Below, in pieces: positions 29,608 through 39,706 of a stretch of 64,000 nt of DNA. The position numbers were made by a program, and so were the translations under genes. Each line of letters opens with the position of its first letter. The first letter of the stretch is position 1. This DNA comes from an uncultured Gammaproteobacteria bacterium. GTDB taxonomy: Bacteria > Patescibacteriota > Patescibacteriia > Patescibacteriales > UBA12465. The notes under the pieces are model-generated. The model ran no database searches, was not told the origin of the DNA, and was given only the letters and a program-made list of their open reading frames with translations. The stretch lies in contig CAYYPI010000001.1 in assembly GCA_964473565.1 (NCBI GenBank), forward strand, positions 57,854-121,853. The letters are read 5' to 3'.

Positions 29608-31914
29608 ATGCCTAATTCTAATACACCTAAAGGGATTACTAAAGTCAGAAAAAGAGACGGACGTTTAGTTAATTTTAAAACAGAAATAATTGAGGAAGCT
29701 GTTAAAAAAGCTTTCGTTGAAACTAAAGTTGAAAGCAATGGTTTTGCCAAAAAAATAGCTAAACAGGTTGAAGCTGATTTAAAGAAATTAAAAAAAGTAT
29801 CCACTGAAAAGAATTTTGTACCAACAGTGGAAATTATTCAAGATTTAGTAGAAGAGGAGTTAATGAAAAATGATTTTACTAAAGTAGCTAAAGCTTACAT
29901 CCTATACAGAGAGCAAAGATCTAAGCAACGTGAAAAGAAATTTGAAGTGCCAGAACATGTGCGCAAATTAACTGATGATAGTAAACAGTATTTTAGAAAC
30001 CCATTATCTGAATTTATCTTCTACCGGACTTATGCTCGCTGGATTGAAGATGAGCAACGTAGAGAAACTTGGATTGAAACTGTAGATAGGTATATGCAGT
30101 ATATGAAAAAGCAGTTAAAAGAGAATTTAAGTGATAAAGATTATAATGATATTAGAGAAGGTATTTTAAAACAGGAAATCATGCCCTCTATGCGCTTAAT
30201 GCAGTTTTCAGGTAAGGCAGTAGAGAAAACAAATGTTTGCGCATATAACTGTTCATACACTGCTCCAGAAAACTTCCAGGATATTGCTGAAATTATGTAT
30301 GTATCTATGTGTGGTACTGGTGTGGGTTGGGCTGTGGAAAGTCAAAATGTGGGAAAGTTTCCACAAATTCAAATGCAAAGTGGTAATGCTAAAAAAATAC
30401 ACGTAGTTGAAGATAGTAAAGAAGGTTGGGCAGATGCGCTAGCACTGGGTATGAAAACTTGGGCCAGTGGTGAAGACCTAGAGTTTGATTATTCACAGCT
30501 TAGACCAGCGGGAGCAAGGCTTAAAACTATGGGTGGTAAGAGTTCTGGTCCGGATCCATTAAAACAACTTATGGACTTCACTCGCATGAAGATGTTAAAC
30601 AGGCAAGGAAAAAGACTTAGAAATATTGATTTACATGATATTATTTGTATGATTGGTTATTGTGTTGTCTCTGGTGGTGTTAGAAGAAGCGCTATGATCT
30701 CACTCTCTGATTTAGATGATAGAGATATTAGAGATGCTAAAAAGGGACAGTTTTATGTCAATGAGCCACAAAGAAGTTTAGCTAATAATAGCGCTACCTA
30801 CATTAAAAAACCAAGTAGTGAAGAATTTTTAAATGAATGGTTAGCTCTGGTAAAGTCCGGCTCAGGTGAAAGAGGTATCTTTAATCGTGGTTCACTAGCT
30901 AAAACCATGCCTCAAAGAAGAATTGATTTACTTAAAGAAAAGAAAGGTTATTTTGATATCACAGGTAACTTTATCATCGGCCAAATGGGAACCAATCCTT
31001 GTGGAGAAATCATTTTGCAATCTAAACAATTTTGTAATTTGTCTGAGGTGGTAGCCAGAAGTGATGATGATGAAAACAGCTTAATGAGAAAGATTAGATT
31101 AGCCGCAATACTAGGAACTTATCAAGCCAGCTTAACTAATTTCCCATATCTTTCTAAGGGCTGGAAAAGCGCTTGTGAAGCAGAAAGACTTTTAGGTGTT
31201 TCCGTTACTGGTCAGTGGGACTCTAAGGCTAGCAGAGAGGAGGAGACTTTAAAGAAATTAAAAGATGAAGCTATTAAGGTGAATAAAGAATATAGCAAGA
31301 AGTTTGGTATTGAAGAATCTACTTCTGTTACTTGCGTAAAACCTTCTGGTACAGTTTCTCAATTAGTTGATTGCGCTTCAGGTATGCACGCTAGGTTTGC
31401 TCCATATTATATCAGAAGGGTTAGAATTTCAGCTACAGACTCACTATTTAAGATGCTTCGTGACCAGGGTGTTCCTCATAAGGCAGAAGTAGGTCAAATG
31501 TATGGAAGTGCTAGCACTTATGTATTTGAATTCCCAGTTAAAGCTCCTAAAGGTTCTATCTTTAGTAACGACCTTAGTGCTTTAGAACAGCTTGAACATT
31601 GGAAAAAAGTCAAATTAGCATATACTGAACATAATCCATCAGTAACTATATCGGTAGCTGAAAATGAATGGATAGAAGTAGCAAATTGGGTCTATGAAAA
31701 TTGGGAGATAATTGGAGGATTATCATTCTTACCTAGAAGCAATCATGTATATGAATTGGCTCCCTATGAAGAAATAGATAAAGAAAAATACGAAGAACTA
31801 TTAGCTAAATTTAAGCATATGGATTTTGCACAAATTGTTAGCTATGAAAGAAAAGATGAAACTGAGGTTAAGAAAGAGTTAGCTTGTGCTGGTGGAGCTT
31901 GTGAGATTAACTAA
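29608..31914 (+). CDS. nrdJ: adenosylcobalamin-dependent ribonucleotide reductase, class II (monomeric RTPR-like) with N-terminal ATP-cone
   Basis: 768 aa; ATP-cone VRKRDGRLVNFKTEIIEEAV; thiyl-radical motif NPCGEI; C-terminal redox cysteines CAGGAC as in L. leichmannii RTPR. Confidence 0.85.
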   Translation: MPNSNTPKGITKVRKRDGRLVNFKTEIIEEAVKKAFVETKVESNGFAKKIAKQVEADLKKLKKVSTEKNFVPTVEIIQDLVEEELMKNDFTKVAKAYILYREQRSKQREKKFEVPEHVRKLTDDSKQYFRNPLSEFIFYRTYARWIEDEQRRETWIETVDRYMQYMKKQLKENLSDKDYNDIREGILKQEIMPSMRLMQFSGKAVEKTNVCAYNCSYTAPENFQDIAEIMYVSMCGTGVGWAVESQNVGKFPQIQMQSGNAKKIHVVEDSKEGWADALALGMKTWASGEDLEFDYSQLRPAGARLKTMGGKSSGPDPLKQLMDFTRMKMLNRQGKRLRNIDLHDIICMIGYCVVSGGVRRSAMISLSDLDDRDIRDAKKGQFYVNEPQRSLANNSATYIKKPSSEEFLNEWLALVKSGSGERGIFNRGSLAKTMPQRRIDLLKEKKGYFDITGNFIIGQMGTNPCGEIILQSKQFCNLSEVVARSDDDENSLMRKIRLAAILGTYQASLTNFPYLSKGWKSACEAERLLGVSVTGQWDSKASREEETLKKLKDEAIKVNKEYSKKFGIEESTSVTCVKPSGTVSQLVDCASGMHARFAPYYIRRVRISATDSLFKMLRDQGVPHKAEVGQMYGSASTYVFEFPVKAPKGSIFSNDLSALEQLEHWKKVKLAYTEHNPSVTISVAENEWIEVANWVYENWEIIGGLSFLPRSNHVYELAPYEEIDKEKYEELLAKFKHMDFAQIVSYERKDETEVKKELACAGGACEIN

Positions 31915-31946
31915 TTATAAATATAATAAAATATTTATATAAATCT

Positions 31947-32483
31947 ATGTATTACACGGGTAAAGGAGATAAAGGTACCAGCAAACTTTTTAATTCTAAA
32001 GATAGACTTAATAAAGCTGAACAGATTTTTGAGGTTTTAGGTTCTTTAGATGAGCTTAATTCTTGGCTTGGTCTTAGCTCTGTTGAAGCTAAGGATAATC
32101 CAGAGATACTAGAGACAATAAAGAAGACGCAAAATGATCTCTTTACTTGTCAGGCTCACTTTGCTCGCTCAGATGTAAAGATTCCTGAAGATTTTGTTAG
32201 CAGTTTAGAGGAAAAGATAGCTAAGATATCAGAAAAGATTAAACCTAGAAACAGTTTTGTTTTAAGTGGGGGGTCTAAGCTTAGCGCTAATTTAGATATT
32301 GCTAGAACTTTAGCTAGGAGAGTTGAAAGGCAGGCCTTGAAATTAAGCGATGAGGATAAAAAAGAAGTAAATGAAATAGTTTTTGTCTATTTAAATCGTT
32401 TATCTAGCTTATTTTATGTCTTAGCTAGACTAGCTAATGATATCTATGAAGCTAAAGAGACTGCACCCCAATATAACAGCTGA
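31947..32483 (+). CDS. ATP:cob(I)alamin adenosyltransferase, PduO-type
   Basis: MYYTGKGDKGTSKLF N-terminus typical of PduO-type ATR; 178 aa. Confidence 0.8.
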   Translation: MYYTGKGDKGTSKLFNSKDRLNKAEQIFEVLGSLDELNSWLGLSSVEAKDNPEILETIKKTQNDLFTCQAHFARSDVKIPEDFVSSLEEKIAKISEKIKPRNSFVLSGGSKLSANLDIARTLARRVERQALKLSDEDKKEVNEIVFVYLNRLSSLFYVLARLANDIYEAKETAPQYNS

Positions 32484-32607
32484 TTGTAAGTTAATCATTA
32501 CTTTTCCTTGACTAATAATACAAAAACTATATACTGAAAGTAGTTAAGAAATAGATAAATTATAAAAGTAGATGCATTTGCATCCCTTTTGTTGTTAGTA
32601 GATAAAT

Positions 32608-33165
32608 ATGAGAATTAAATGGCGAAAAGCTAAACCAAAACAGGTAAAACCATACTTTACCTCCAATAATAGTATTAAGGCGGAGAGAGTCTTTTTAATT
32701 GATGAAAATAATGAAAGAGTTGGTGAAGTTGAGACATATGAGGCACTGCAAAGAGCGGAAGATTCTGATTTGGATCTAGTTTTAGTTAACCCAAAAGCTG
32801 ACCCTCCTGTAGCTAAAATAGTTGATTTAGGCCAAATGAAATACGAAAGAGAGAAAAAAGCCCATAAGCAAAAAATCCTACAAAAGAAAGTGGATCTTAA
32901 AGCAATTAGGCTTTCAGTTAGAATTAGTTCTCATGATTTTGACTTTAGATTAAAGCAAGCCCAGAAGTTTTTAAAGCAAGGAAATAAGCTGAAATTAGAA
33001 ATAAATATGAGAGGTAGAGAAAAGCAACATCCAGATCAAGCTAAGGAAGTGATTAGAAAATTTGTTAATCTACTTAAAGACTCCGAAGGATTAGAGGTGG
33101 TTGAAGAGCAACCCTTGACAAAACAAGGTGGAAGGTTTACTATTATACTAGCAAATAAAAGCTAA
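32608..33165 (+). CDS. infC: translation initiation factor IF-3
   Basis: VFLIDENNERVGEVETYEALQRAEDSDLDLVLVNPKADPPVAKIVD; followed by rpmI-rplT. Confidence 0.85.
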   Translation: MRIKWRKAKPKQVKPYFTSNNSIKAERVFLIDENNERVGEVETYEALQRAEDSDLDLVLVNPKADPPVAKIVDLGQMKYEREKKAHKQKILQKKVDLKAIRLSVRISSHDFDFRLKQAQKFLKQGNKLKLEINMRGREKQHPDQAKEVIRKFVNLLKDSEGLEVVEEQPLTKQGGRFTIILANKS

Positions 33166-33217
33166 GACTTTTTATATCAGGTTTACGCCTGTTTTTTATT
33201 CTAAAAAAAGAAATAAT

Positions 33218-33415
33218 ATGCCGAAAATAAAGACACATAAAGCCACAGCTAAACGATTTAAAGTTACCGGCACTGGCAAAATAAAACAAAGAAAAGGTGG
33301 TCAAGATCACTTTAACTCTAAAGAATCAGGGAAAACTACTAGACAAAAAAGAAAAGATAAGGATGTCTATAAAGGTTTAGTTAAAACTGTTAAGAAATTA
33401 ACTCCGTATTCATAA
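33218..33415 (+). CDS. rpmI: 50S ribosomal protein L35
   Basis: MPKIKTHKATAKRFKVTGTGKI. Confidence 0.9.
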   Translation: MPKIKTHKATAKRFKVTGTGKIKQRKGGQDHFNSKESGKTTRQKRKDKDVYKGLVKTVKKLTPYS

Positions 33416-33444
33416 TAAAGCCAATATTAGGCTATTTTAAACTT

Positions 33445-33792
33445 ATGCCCAGAGTAAAAAGAGGAACAATTCATACAAAAAGAAGAAAAAAACTTTTAAA
33501 AAGTGTTAAAGGATATAAGTGGGGACGTAAAAATCAAATTAGATTAGCGTCTACCGCTCAAACAAAAGCTGGAGCTCATGCTTTTAAAGATAGACGTAGA
33601 AAGAAAAGAGATATGAGAGCATTATGGCAGATTAAGATTAGTGCTTTTGCTAAAGAAAATTCTTTATCATACTCACGTTTAATGGATCTTTTTCGTAAGA
33701 AAAAGGTTGGTTTAGACAGGAAGATTTTAGCAGATTTAGCTGAAAATAATAAAAAAGTTTTAAAAGCTGTTTTAGAAAAAGTAAATAAATAA
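33445..33792 (+). CDS. rplT: 50S ribosomal protein L20
   Basis: MPRVKRGTIHTKRRKKLLKSVKGYKWGRKN. Confidence 0.9.
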   Translation: MPRVKRGTIHTKRRKKLLKSVKGYKWGRKNQIRLASTAQTKAGAHAFKDRRRKKRDMRALWQIKISAFAKENSLSYSRLMDLFRKKKVGLDRKILADLAENNKKVLKAVLEKVNK

Positions 33793-33793
33793 T

Positions 33794-34009
33794 ATGATGT
33801 TTGCACTTAAAATTGCTCAAATTATTATCGCTATACTATTAATTGTAGTTATTTTGTTACAAAACAGGGGCTCAGGACTGGGCAGTGCTTTTGGTGGTTC
33901 TAATGCTGTTTTTACAACAAAACGTGGCTTAGAAAAAAAACTCTATAATATTACTATTGTTTTAGCAATACTCTTTTTTGCGGTATCTCTGGCTGTTGTT
34001 ATTATATAA
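33794..34009 (+). CDS. secG: preprotein translocase subunit SecG
   Basis: 71 aa, two TM helices with LLQNRGSGLGSAFGG loop. Confidence 0.7.
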   Translation: MMFALKIAQIIIAILLIVVILLQNRGSGLGSAFGGSNAVFTTKRGLEKKLYNITIVLAILFFAVSLAVVII

Positions 34010-34035
34010 CTCTACTGCATTTAACTTTTTTATAA

Positions 34036-36105
34036 GTGAACGAAGATCAAAATATAAAATTTGAGATAAAAGATAAAAACCAATCTCTTTGGTCACGTTT
34101 TTATTTATCTCTAAAAATAAAACTAAAAAAGTTTTTTCAAAAAAACAAGTTTTTTAATAATCAAAAAGCAAATAAAGATATTGATCATAAATTAGTTAAT
34201 AAAAAACTTATATACAATTTAGCTCCATCTAAAATACCTTCTTTTAAACAGTTAAGACATGTAAAAAAGTTTTTAAGTTCTAAAGAAAAAAGATGGATTA
34301 ATATATCAATACTTTTAATAGTTATTAGCGTATCATTGCTAGGCTGGGGTTTTTATCAAAATAACTTAGAAACAGTTCCTAGTTTTGGCGGTGAGTATAG
34401 TGAGGGCTTAGTGGGTGGCCCTAGATACATTAATCCTTTGTATGCTTTTTCTGATGTAGATAGTGATTTAAGTTTTTTAATTTATTCTCGCTTATTTAAA
34501 TATAATGGTAATGGTGATTTGGAATATGATTTGATTAAAGATTATGAGATTCAAGAAAGTGGTAGAATTTATATTTTAAATCTAAGAGATGATGTCTACT
34601 TTCATGATGGTGAAAAATTAACAGCTAATGATGTTGTCTTCACCCTTAATGCCATCAAGAATCCTGATTTCAGATCTCCACTAAGAAGTATTTTTAGTGG
34701 CGTTGGTGTTGAAAAAGTAGATGATTATACAATAAAGCTAAGTTTAGCTGAAGCTTATGCAGGTTTTGAAGAGTTATTAACCTTTGGAATTTTATCAGAA
34801 AGAATCTGGCTTAATTTTAACCCTGAAAATGCTAATTTAGCTGAAGAAAATATAATGCCCACAGGTTCGGGGCCATATATGTTTGACTCTTTTTCAAAAA
34901 ATGAAGAAGGAAATATTAAAGAGTATCGTTTACTTGCTAATGAAGATTATTACCACAACTCACCTTATATAGAAGAAATAATGTTTAAGTTTTATCCTGA
35001 TTTTTATAGTTTAAATACTGCTTTAAATAATGATGAAGTAGAGGGTATCAGTTATATTTCAAATGCTAATAAAAAGGATATTATAGCTCAGAATTCAATT
35101 AACTTTCATAATTTATCTGTACCTCAAATTACTTCTATCTTTTTTAATCAAGATAATAATGATTATTTAAGCTCTAAAAACTTTAGAGAGGCTCTAGCTT
35201 TATCAATAAATAAGGATGAAATTTTAACTAATGTTTTTGGTGAATCTGTAAGAAAAGTTGACGCACCAATACTTCCGGAATGTTTTGCATATAATAATGA
35301 GATTGACGGTTATGGATATAATTTAGAAGAAGCTAAGGAGCTTTTAGAGCAAGAAGATTTATTTATACAAGAGATAAGTCAAGAAGATCTCAGTAGAATA
35401 AGTCAGGAAGAAGAAAGTGAAGAAAACAGTGAAGTGGAAACTGAAGATTCAAACGATGAGGAAAATGTAGATGATGAGAGTGCTGAAGATGAAAGTTTTG
35501 AGATAGAGGGTTATGACAAATTAAAAGCTTTAAGTGAGTCAGCAGGATTAGATTTGCTTGGTAAGTGGCTATACAAAGAAAATGATGAAGGGGAAAGGGA
35601 GTATCAAGTTTTAAGTATTACTATAACTGATACTCAATCTAACAAAGATTTAGCAGAAAGATTATCCGAGACTTGGAAAGACTTGGGAATTAGAACAGTT
35701 ATAACAGTTGTTAGTGCTGAAAATATTCAAACTCAGGTTATTGAACCACGAGAATTTGAAATATTAATTTATGGTCAAGCTTTAAATTTTGATCCCGATC
35801 CTTATGCTTATTGGCACTCTGGACAGGATTTAAATATAGTTAACTATAGCAATGAAAAAGTCGACACCCTACTTGAAGAAGCTAGAATAACTTTAGATGA
35901 AGAAGAGAGAGCTGAAAAATATAAAGAATTTCAAGAAATAATTCATGAAGAAATTCCTGCAATCTTTTTATACTCACCTCTATATATTTACCCTCAAAAT
36001 AAAAAAGTTAAAGGTTTTAATACTGAAAGTATTTTAAAACCTGAACACAGATTCTCTAATATAAATAATTGGTATATTAAAGTAAAAAGTAAGTTTGCAT
36101 TGTAA
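34036..36105 (+). CDS. ABC transporter substrate-binding protein, family 5 (peptide/nickel), membrane-anchored
   Basis: 689 aa; N-terminal TM anchor; SBP_bac_5-like core; long acidic insertion (EESEENSEVETEDSNDEENVDDESAEDE). Confidence 0.65.
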   Translation: MNEDQNIKFEIKDKNQSLWSRFYLSLKIKLKKFFQKNKFFNNQKANKDIDHKLVNKKLIYNLAPSKIPSFKQLRHVKKFLSSKEKRWINISILLIVISVSLLGWGFYQNNLETVPSFGGEYSEGLVGGPRYINPLYAFSDVDSDLSFLIYSRLFKYNGNGDLEYDLIKDYEIQESGRIYILNLRDDVYFHDGEKLTANDVVFTLNAIKNPDFRSPLRSIFSGVGVEKVDDYTIKLSLAEAYAGFEELLTFGILSERIWLNFNPENANLAEENIMPTGSGPYMFDSFSKNEEGNIKEYRLLANEDYYHNSPYIEEIMFKFYPDFYSLNTALNNDEVEGISYISNANKKDIIAQNSINFHNLSVPQITSIFFNQDNNDYLSSKNFREALALSINKDEILTNVFGESVRKVDAPILPECFAYNNEIDGYGYNLEEAKELLEQEDLFIQEISQEDLSRISQEEESEENSEVETEDSNDEENVDDESAEDESFEIEGYDKLKALSESAGLDLLGKWLYKENDEGEREYQVLSITITDTQSNKDLAERLSETWKDLGIRTVITVVSAENIQTQVIEPREFEILIYGQALNFDPDPYAYWHSGQDLNIVNYSNEKVDTLLEEARITLDEEERAEKYKEFQEIIHEEIPAIFLYSPLYIYPQNKKVKGFNTESILKPEHRFSNINNWYIKVKSKFAL

Positions 36106-36119
36106 ATAGATAAAATATT

Positions 36120-36854
36120 ATGAATGAGAAGAACTTTATTTCTTCCCTTAAAAAAGATCTTAAATCTTTAATTGATTTAGAATATAAAAATAGAGCGCAA
36201 AGTTTTTTTAAAGAAAAAATATTTCCTATTGGAGTTAAATCTAAAGATTTAAATACTTTAGAAAGAAAATATTATAAAAACTTAGAATCTTTAAGTAAAA
36301 AAGATTTCTTTAAAATTATTAACTCTTTATTACAAGAACAAGAACAAGAAATAAGAAGTTTAGCTTTTAAATGGTTATACACAAGAAGAAAAGATTTCAC
36401 AAAAACAGATTTTATAGTCTTTGAGAGATGGCTAAAAAAATATGTAAACAATTGGGCGCATTGTGATAGTTTTTTAACTCATAGTTTAGGGTATTTACTT
36501 CATTCTTATCCTGAGCTCATACAAAAAACAGATTCTTGGATAAAGAGTAATAATAGATGGCTTAGAAGATCTGCTTCTATCATATTAATATATACTTTTA
36601 AGTATCATAAAAATAAATCACAATTTAATCTATTTTTTTTAAGACTTGAGAAAGTAATACTTGAACAAATTAATGACAGTGATGACTTAGTGCAAAAAGG
36701 CTATGGCTGGAGCGCTAAAGAGGCTAGCAATATAGACGAAGAATTAGTGTTTAAATTTATATATAAACATAAAGAAAGCTTACCGCGTACAGCCCTTAGA
36801 TACGCAATTGAAAAAATGAATTTAAAACACAAGCAAAAAGCAATGTTTAAATAA
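36120..36854 (+). CDS. hypothetical protein, possible HEAT-like DNA alkylation repair (AlkD-like) protein
   Basis: 244 aa helical repeat protein; ERWLKKYVNNWAHCDSF region. Confidence 0.3.
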   Translation: MNEKNFISSLKKDLKSLIDLEYKNRAQSFFKEKIFPIGVKSKDLNTLERKYYKNLESLSKKDFFKIINSLLQEQEQEIRSLAFKWLYTRRKDFTKTDFIVFERWLKKYVNNWAHCDSFLTHSLGYLLHSYPELIQKTDSWIKSNNRWLRRSASIILIYTFKYHKNKSQFNLFFLRLEKVILEQINDSDDLVQKGYGWSAKEASNIDEELVFKFIYKHKESLPRTALRYAIEKMNLKHKQKAMFK

Positions 36855-36937
36855 AAAAATATCTCTCTATAATAAATTAATAAATTAGAAAATTATAAAT
36901 AATTATATAAAAATATTATTTATACTTACAAAAAAAT

Positions 36938-38806
36938 ATGTACAAAAGATACAAATCACAGACAAGCGATGCACGACAAAGTGCGACAAATAAAGATAGT
37001 GATAAAAAGAAAAACCTAAATAAAAATACAGGAGTCAATAGTCAAAAAAGCTCTAAAAAACAGGGCCCTTTTCATAAACCGCAAAGCAAAGATTATAAAA
37101 CTAAAGTTAAAAGTACTCAAACCTTTGCTAAAGGAAAACTTAGAGTTATGGCTCTAGGAGGATTAGAAGAGGTTGGTAGAAATATGACTTTAATTGAGTA
37201 TGAAAAAGAGATAATAATCGTTGATATGGGCTTAATGTTTCCTGATGAAGATATGCCAGGAATTGATTATATTATCCCTAACACTGAATACTTACAAGAT
37301 AAAAAAGATTGGATTAAGGGTGTAGTTATTACTCATGGTCACTATGATCACATCGGTGCCATACCTCATATTATGCCTGTTATTGGTAACCCTCCTATGT
37401 TCATGGGTAAGATGACAGCAGGGTTAGTAAGAAGAAGACAAAAAGAATATAAAAATAGTTCTAACTTAAAGATTCAAGAAATTGATGAACATAATAAGGT
37501 TACTTTAGGTAGGAATTTTAAAGTAGAATTTTTAAGAGTTAATCACTCTATACCAGATTGTTTTGCTATTATAGTTCACACACCAGTAGGAACAGTTGTT
37601 CATACAGGAGACTTTAAGATAGACTTTTCCCCTGTTAATGATAAGCCAGCTGATTTAAATCGTATAGCTCAAATTGGTGATAAAGGTGTTACGCTCTTAA
37701 TGTCTGACTCTACTGATGCAATAAGCCCTGGATATCAGGTTTCTGAATCTGTTATTGGTGAAGAAATGGGTAAATTATTTGAAGAGATTGAGGGTAGAAT
37801 TATTATTGGTACTTTTGCTTCTCAGTTAGCTCGTGTGCAAAAATTATTTGATTTAGCAGCTAAATATAATAAACGTATATATCTTCAAGGTAGAAGTATG
37901 ATTAGTAATGTTGAAGTAGCTCATGAAATTGGCTATTTAAAGTTTAACCCTAAACTTTTACTTACTGACGAAGAATTTAAAAGAATTCCAGATAATCAAT
38001 TAGTCATTTTAGGTACAGGTGCTCAAGGAGAAACTAATGCCTTTTTATCTAAAGTAGTAAACGGTGATCATAGAGTAGTAAGTTTGAAGGCTGGTGATAC
38101 AGTTATTTTCTCATCTTCAGCTATACCTGGCAACGAAAGAAGTATTCAACATTTAATGGACGCTATTGTTAGACAGGGAGCTAAAACCATTAATTATAAA
38201 ATGCTAGATATTCACGCTGGTGGTCATGCTAAACAAGAAGACTTAAAGTTAATGATTAGATTAATGAAGCCTGAATATTTTATGCCTATTGAAGCTCATC
38301 ATTTCATGCTGCAAGCTCACGCAGAGCTAGCTAGTAAAGTAGGCGTGGATAGAAATAAAATATTTGTGGCTGATAATGGTCAAGTAGTTGAATTAAAGAA
38401 AGAAGGAGACAGGGTTGAAGGTACTCTAACAAAAGAAAAAATCCCAACTGAGTATGTGATGGTTGATGGTTTAGGTGTTGGAGATGTTTCTAATATCGTA
38501 TTAAGAGATAGACGTATGATGGCAGCTGATGGTATGATAGTTGTAATTACTACTATTGATTCTAAGACAGGTGATATTATTGGAAATCCAGATTTAATCT
38601 CTAGAGGTTTTATTTACATGAAGGAAAATAGAGATTTAATTGAAAGCACAAGAATGAAAGTGAAGAAAATGGTTAAAGATAAACCTAGCACCACTCCTAC
38701 TGATGATGACTTCTTGAAGAATAAGATTAGAAACGATATAGGACAATTTTTATTTAACAAAACCAAGCGCAGACCTATGGTATTGCCTGTGGTTATTAAA
38801 GTCTAA
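36938..38806 (+). CDS. rnj: ribonuclease J (beta-CASP metallo-beta-lactamase)
   Basis: HGHYDHIGA (HxHxDH) motif; 622 aa with K-rich N-terminal extension. Confidence 0.85.
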   Translation: MYKRYKSQTSDARQSATNKDSDKKKNLNKNTGVNSQKSSKKQGPFHKPQSKDYKTKVKSTQTFAKGKLRVMALGGLEEVGRNMTLIEYEKEIIIVDMGLMFPDEDMPGIDYIIPNTEYLQDKKDWIKGVVITHGHYDHIGAIPHIMPVIGNPPMFMGKMTAGLVRRRQKEYKNSSNLKIQEIDEHNKVTLGRNFKVEFLRVNHSIPDCFAIIVHTPVGTVVHTGDFKIDFSPVNDKPADLNRIAQIGDKGVTLLMSDSTDAISPGYQVSESVIGEEMGKLFEEIEGRIIIGTFASQLARVQKLFDLAAKYNKRIYLQGRSMISNVEVAHEIGYLKFNPKLLLTDEEFKRIPDNQLVILGTGAQGETNAFLSKVVNGDHRVVSLKAGDTVIFSSSAIPGNERSIQHLMDAIVRQGAKTINYKMLDIHAGGHAKQEDLKLMIRLMKPEYFMPIEAHHFMLQAHAELASKVGVDRNKIFVADNGQVVELKKEGDRVEGTLTKEKIPTEYVMVDGLGVGDVSNIVLRDRRMMAADGMIVVITTIDSKTGDIIGNPDLISRGFIYMKENRDLIESTRMKVKKMVKDKPSTTPTDDDFLKNKIRNDIGQFLFNKTKRRPMVLPVVIKV

Positions 38807-38808
38807 AT

Positions 38809-39516
38809 ATGTTAGATGATTTTATTAACTGGATAATGCTTTTAGTAGAAAAATTAGATTATTGGAATATCACTTTTCTTATGACAATTGAGAGTTCTTT
38901 TATTCCTTTCCCTTCTGAACTTGTTATTCCTCCAGCTGCTTATCTTGCCCAGCAAGGTCAGTTAAACCTTATTTTAGTAATTGTCTTTGGAATTTTGGGT
39001 AGTCTTTTGGGAGCTTTAATTAATTATGTTTTAGCTATAACCTTAGGCAGAAAGATCTTATATAACTTAGTTAAAACAAAAGTGGCCAGATCTCTTTTGC
39101 TTACTGAGTTAAAACTAAAAAAGTCAGAACAGTATTTTTTAAAGCACGGAGAGAGATCTACATTTTTTGGCCGATTAATCCCAGTTATTAGACAACTTAT
39201 TTCTATTCCAGCGGGACTAGCTAAAATGAATATATTTAAATTTTGTTTATATACCTTTTTAGGTTCTAGTATCTGGGTAATAATCTTAGCTTTATCTGGT
39301 TATTATTTTGCTCAAGAGCAAGCCCTCATCCTTTTGTATTATAAAGAAATAGTATTTTTCATTTTAGTTATTGCTTTAGCAATAATATTTATAAGAAGAA
39401 GAGGAGTTAATAGAAGAAAAATAGAGCTTTATCAAAAAAAAGAAATTAATATTACAAAGACAGATTTAGAGGAAAATAATAATAAAGATACAAATAATAA
39501 TGATTTAATTGATTAG
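38809..39516 (+). CDS. DedA/TVP38-family membrane protein
   Basis: MTIESSFIPFPSELVIPPAAYLAQQG signature. Confidence 0.8.
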   Translation: MLDDFINWIMLLVEKLDYWNITFLMTIESSFIPFPSELVIPPAAYLAQQGQLNLILVIVFGILGSLLGALINYVLAITLGRKILYNLVKTKVARSLLLTELKLKKSEQYFLKHGERSTFFGRLIPVIRQLISIPAGLAKMNIFKFCLYTFLGSSIWVIILALSGYYFAQEQALILLYYKEIVFFILVIALAIIFIRRRGVNRRKIELYQKKEINITKTDLEENNNKDTNNNDLID

Positions 39517-39548
39517 CTAATTTCTTAGATTTGAGATAAAAATAAAAA

Positions 39549-39570
39549 AGAGTCCATGTGGCTCTTTTTG
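39549..39570 (+). terminator. rho-independent terminator
   Basis: agagtccatgtggctct hairpin + T5. Confidence 0.5.
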
Positions 39571-39706
39571 CTTTTCAATACTTGCATTATTTGTAATCTT
39601 AGTATAGAATAAAAAAATAATATAATAAATTCACCTATAAGAATCACTTTTGGTTTAAGGTGGCCAAAAGGCTTTCCTGAAAAGGAGGGTTAAGATAATT
39701 TTTTTA

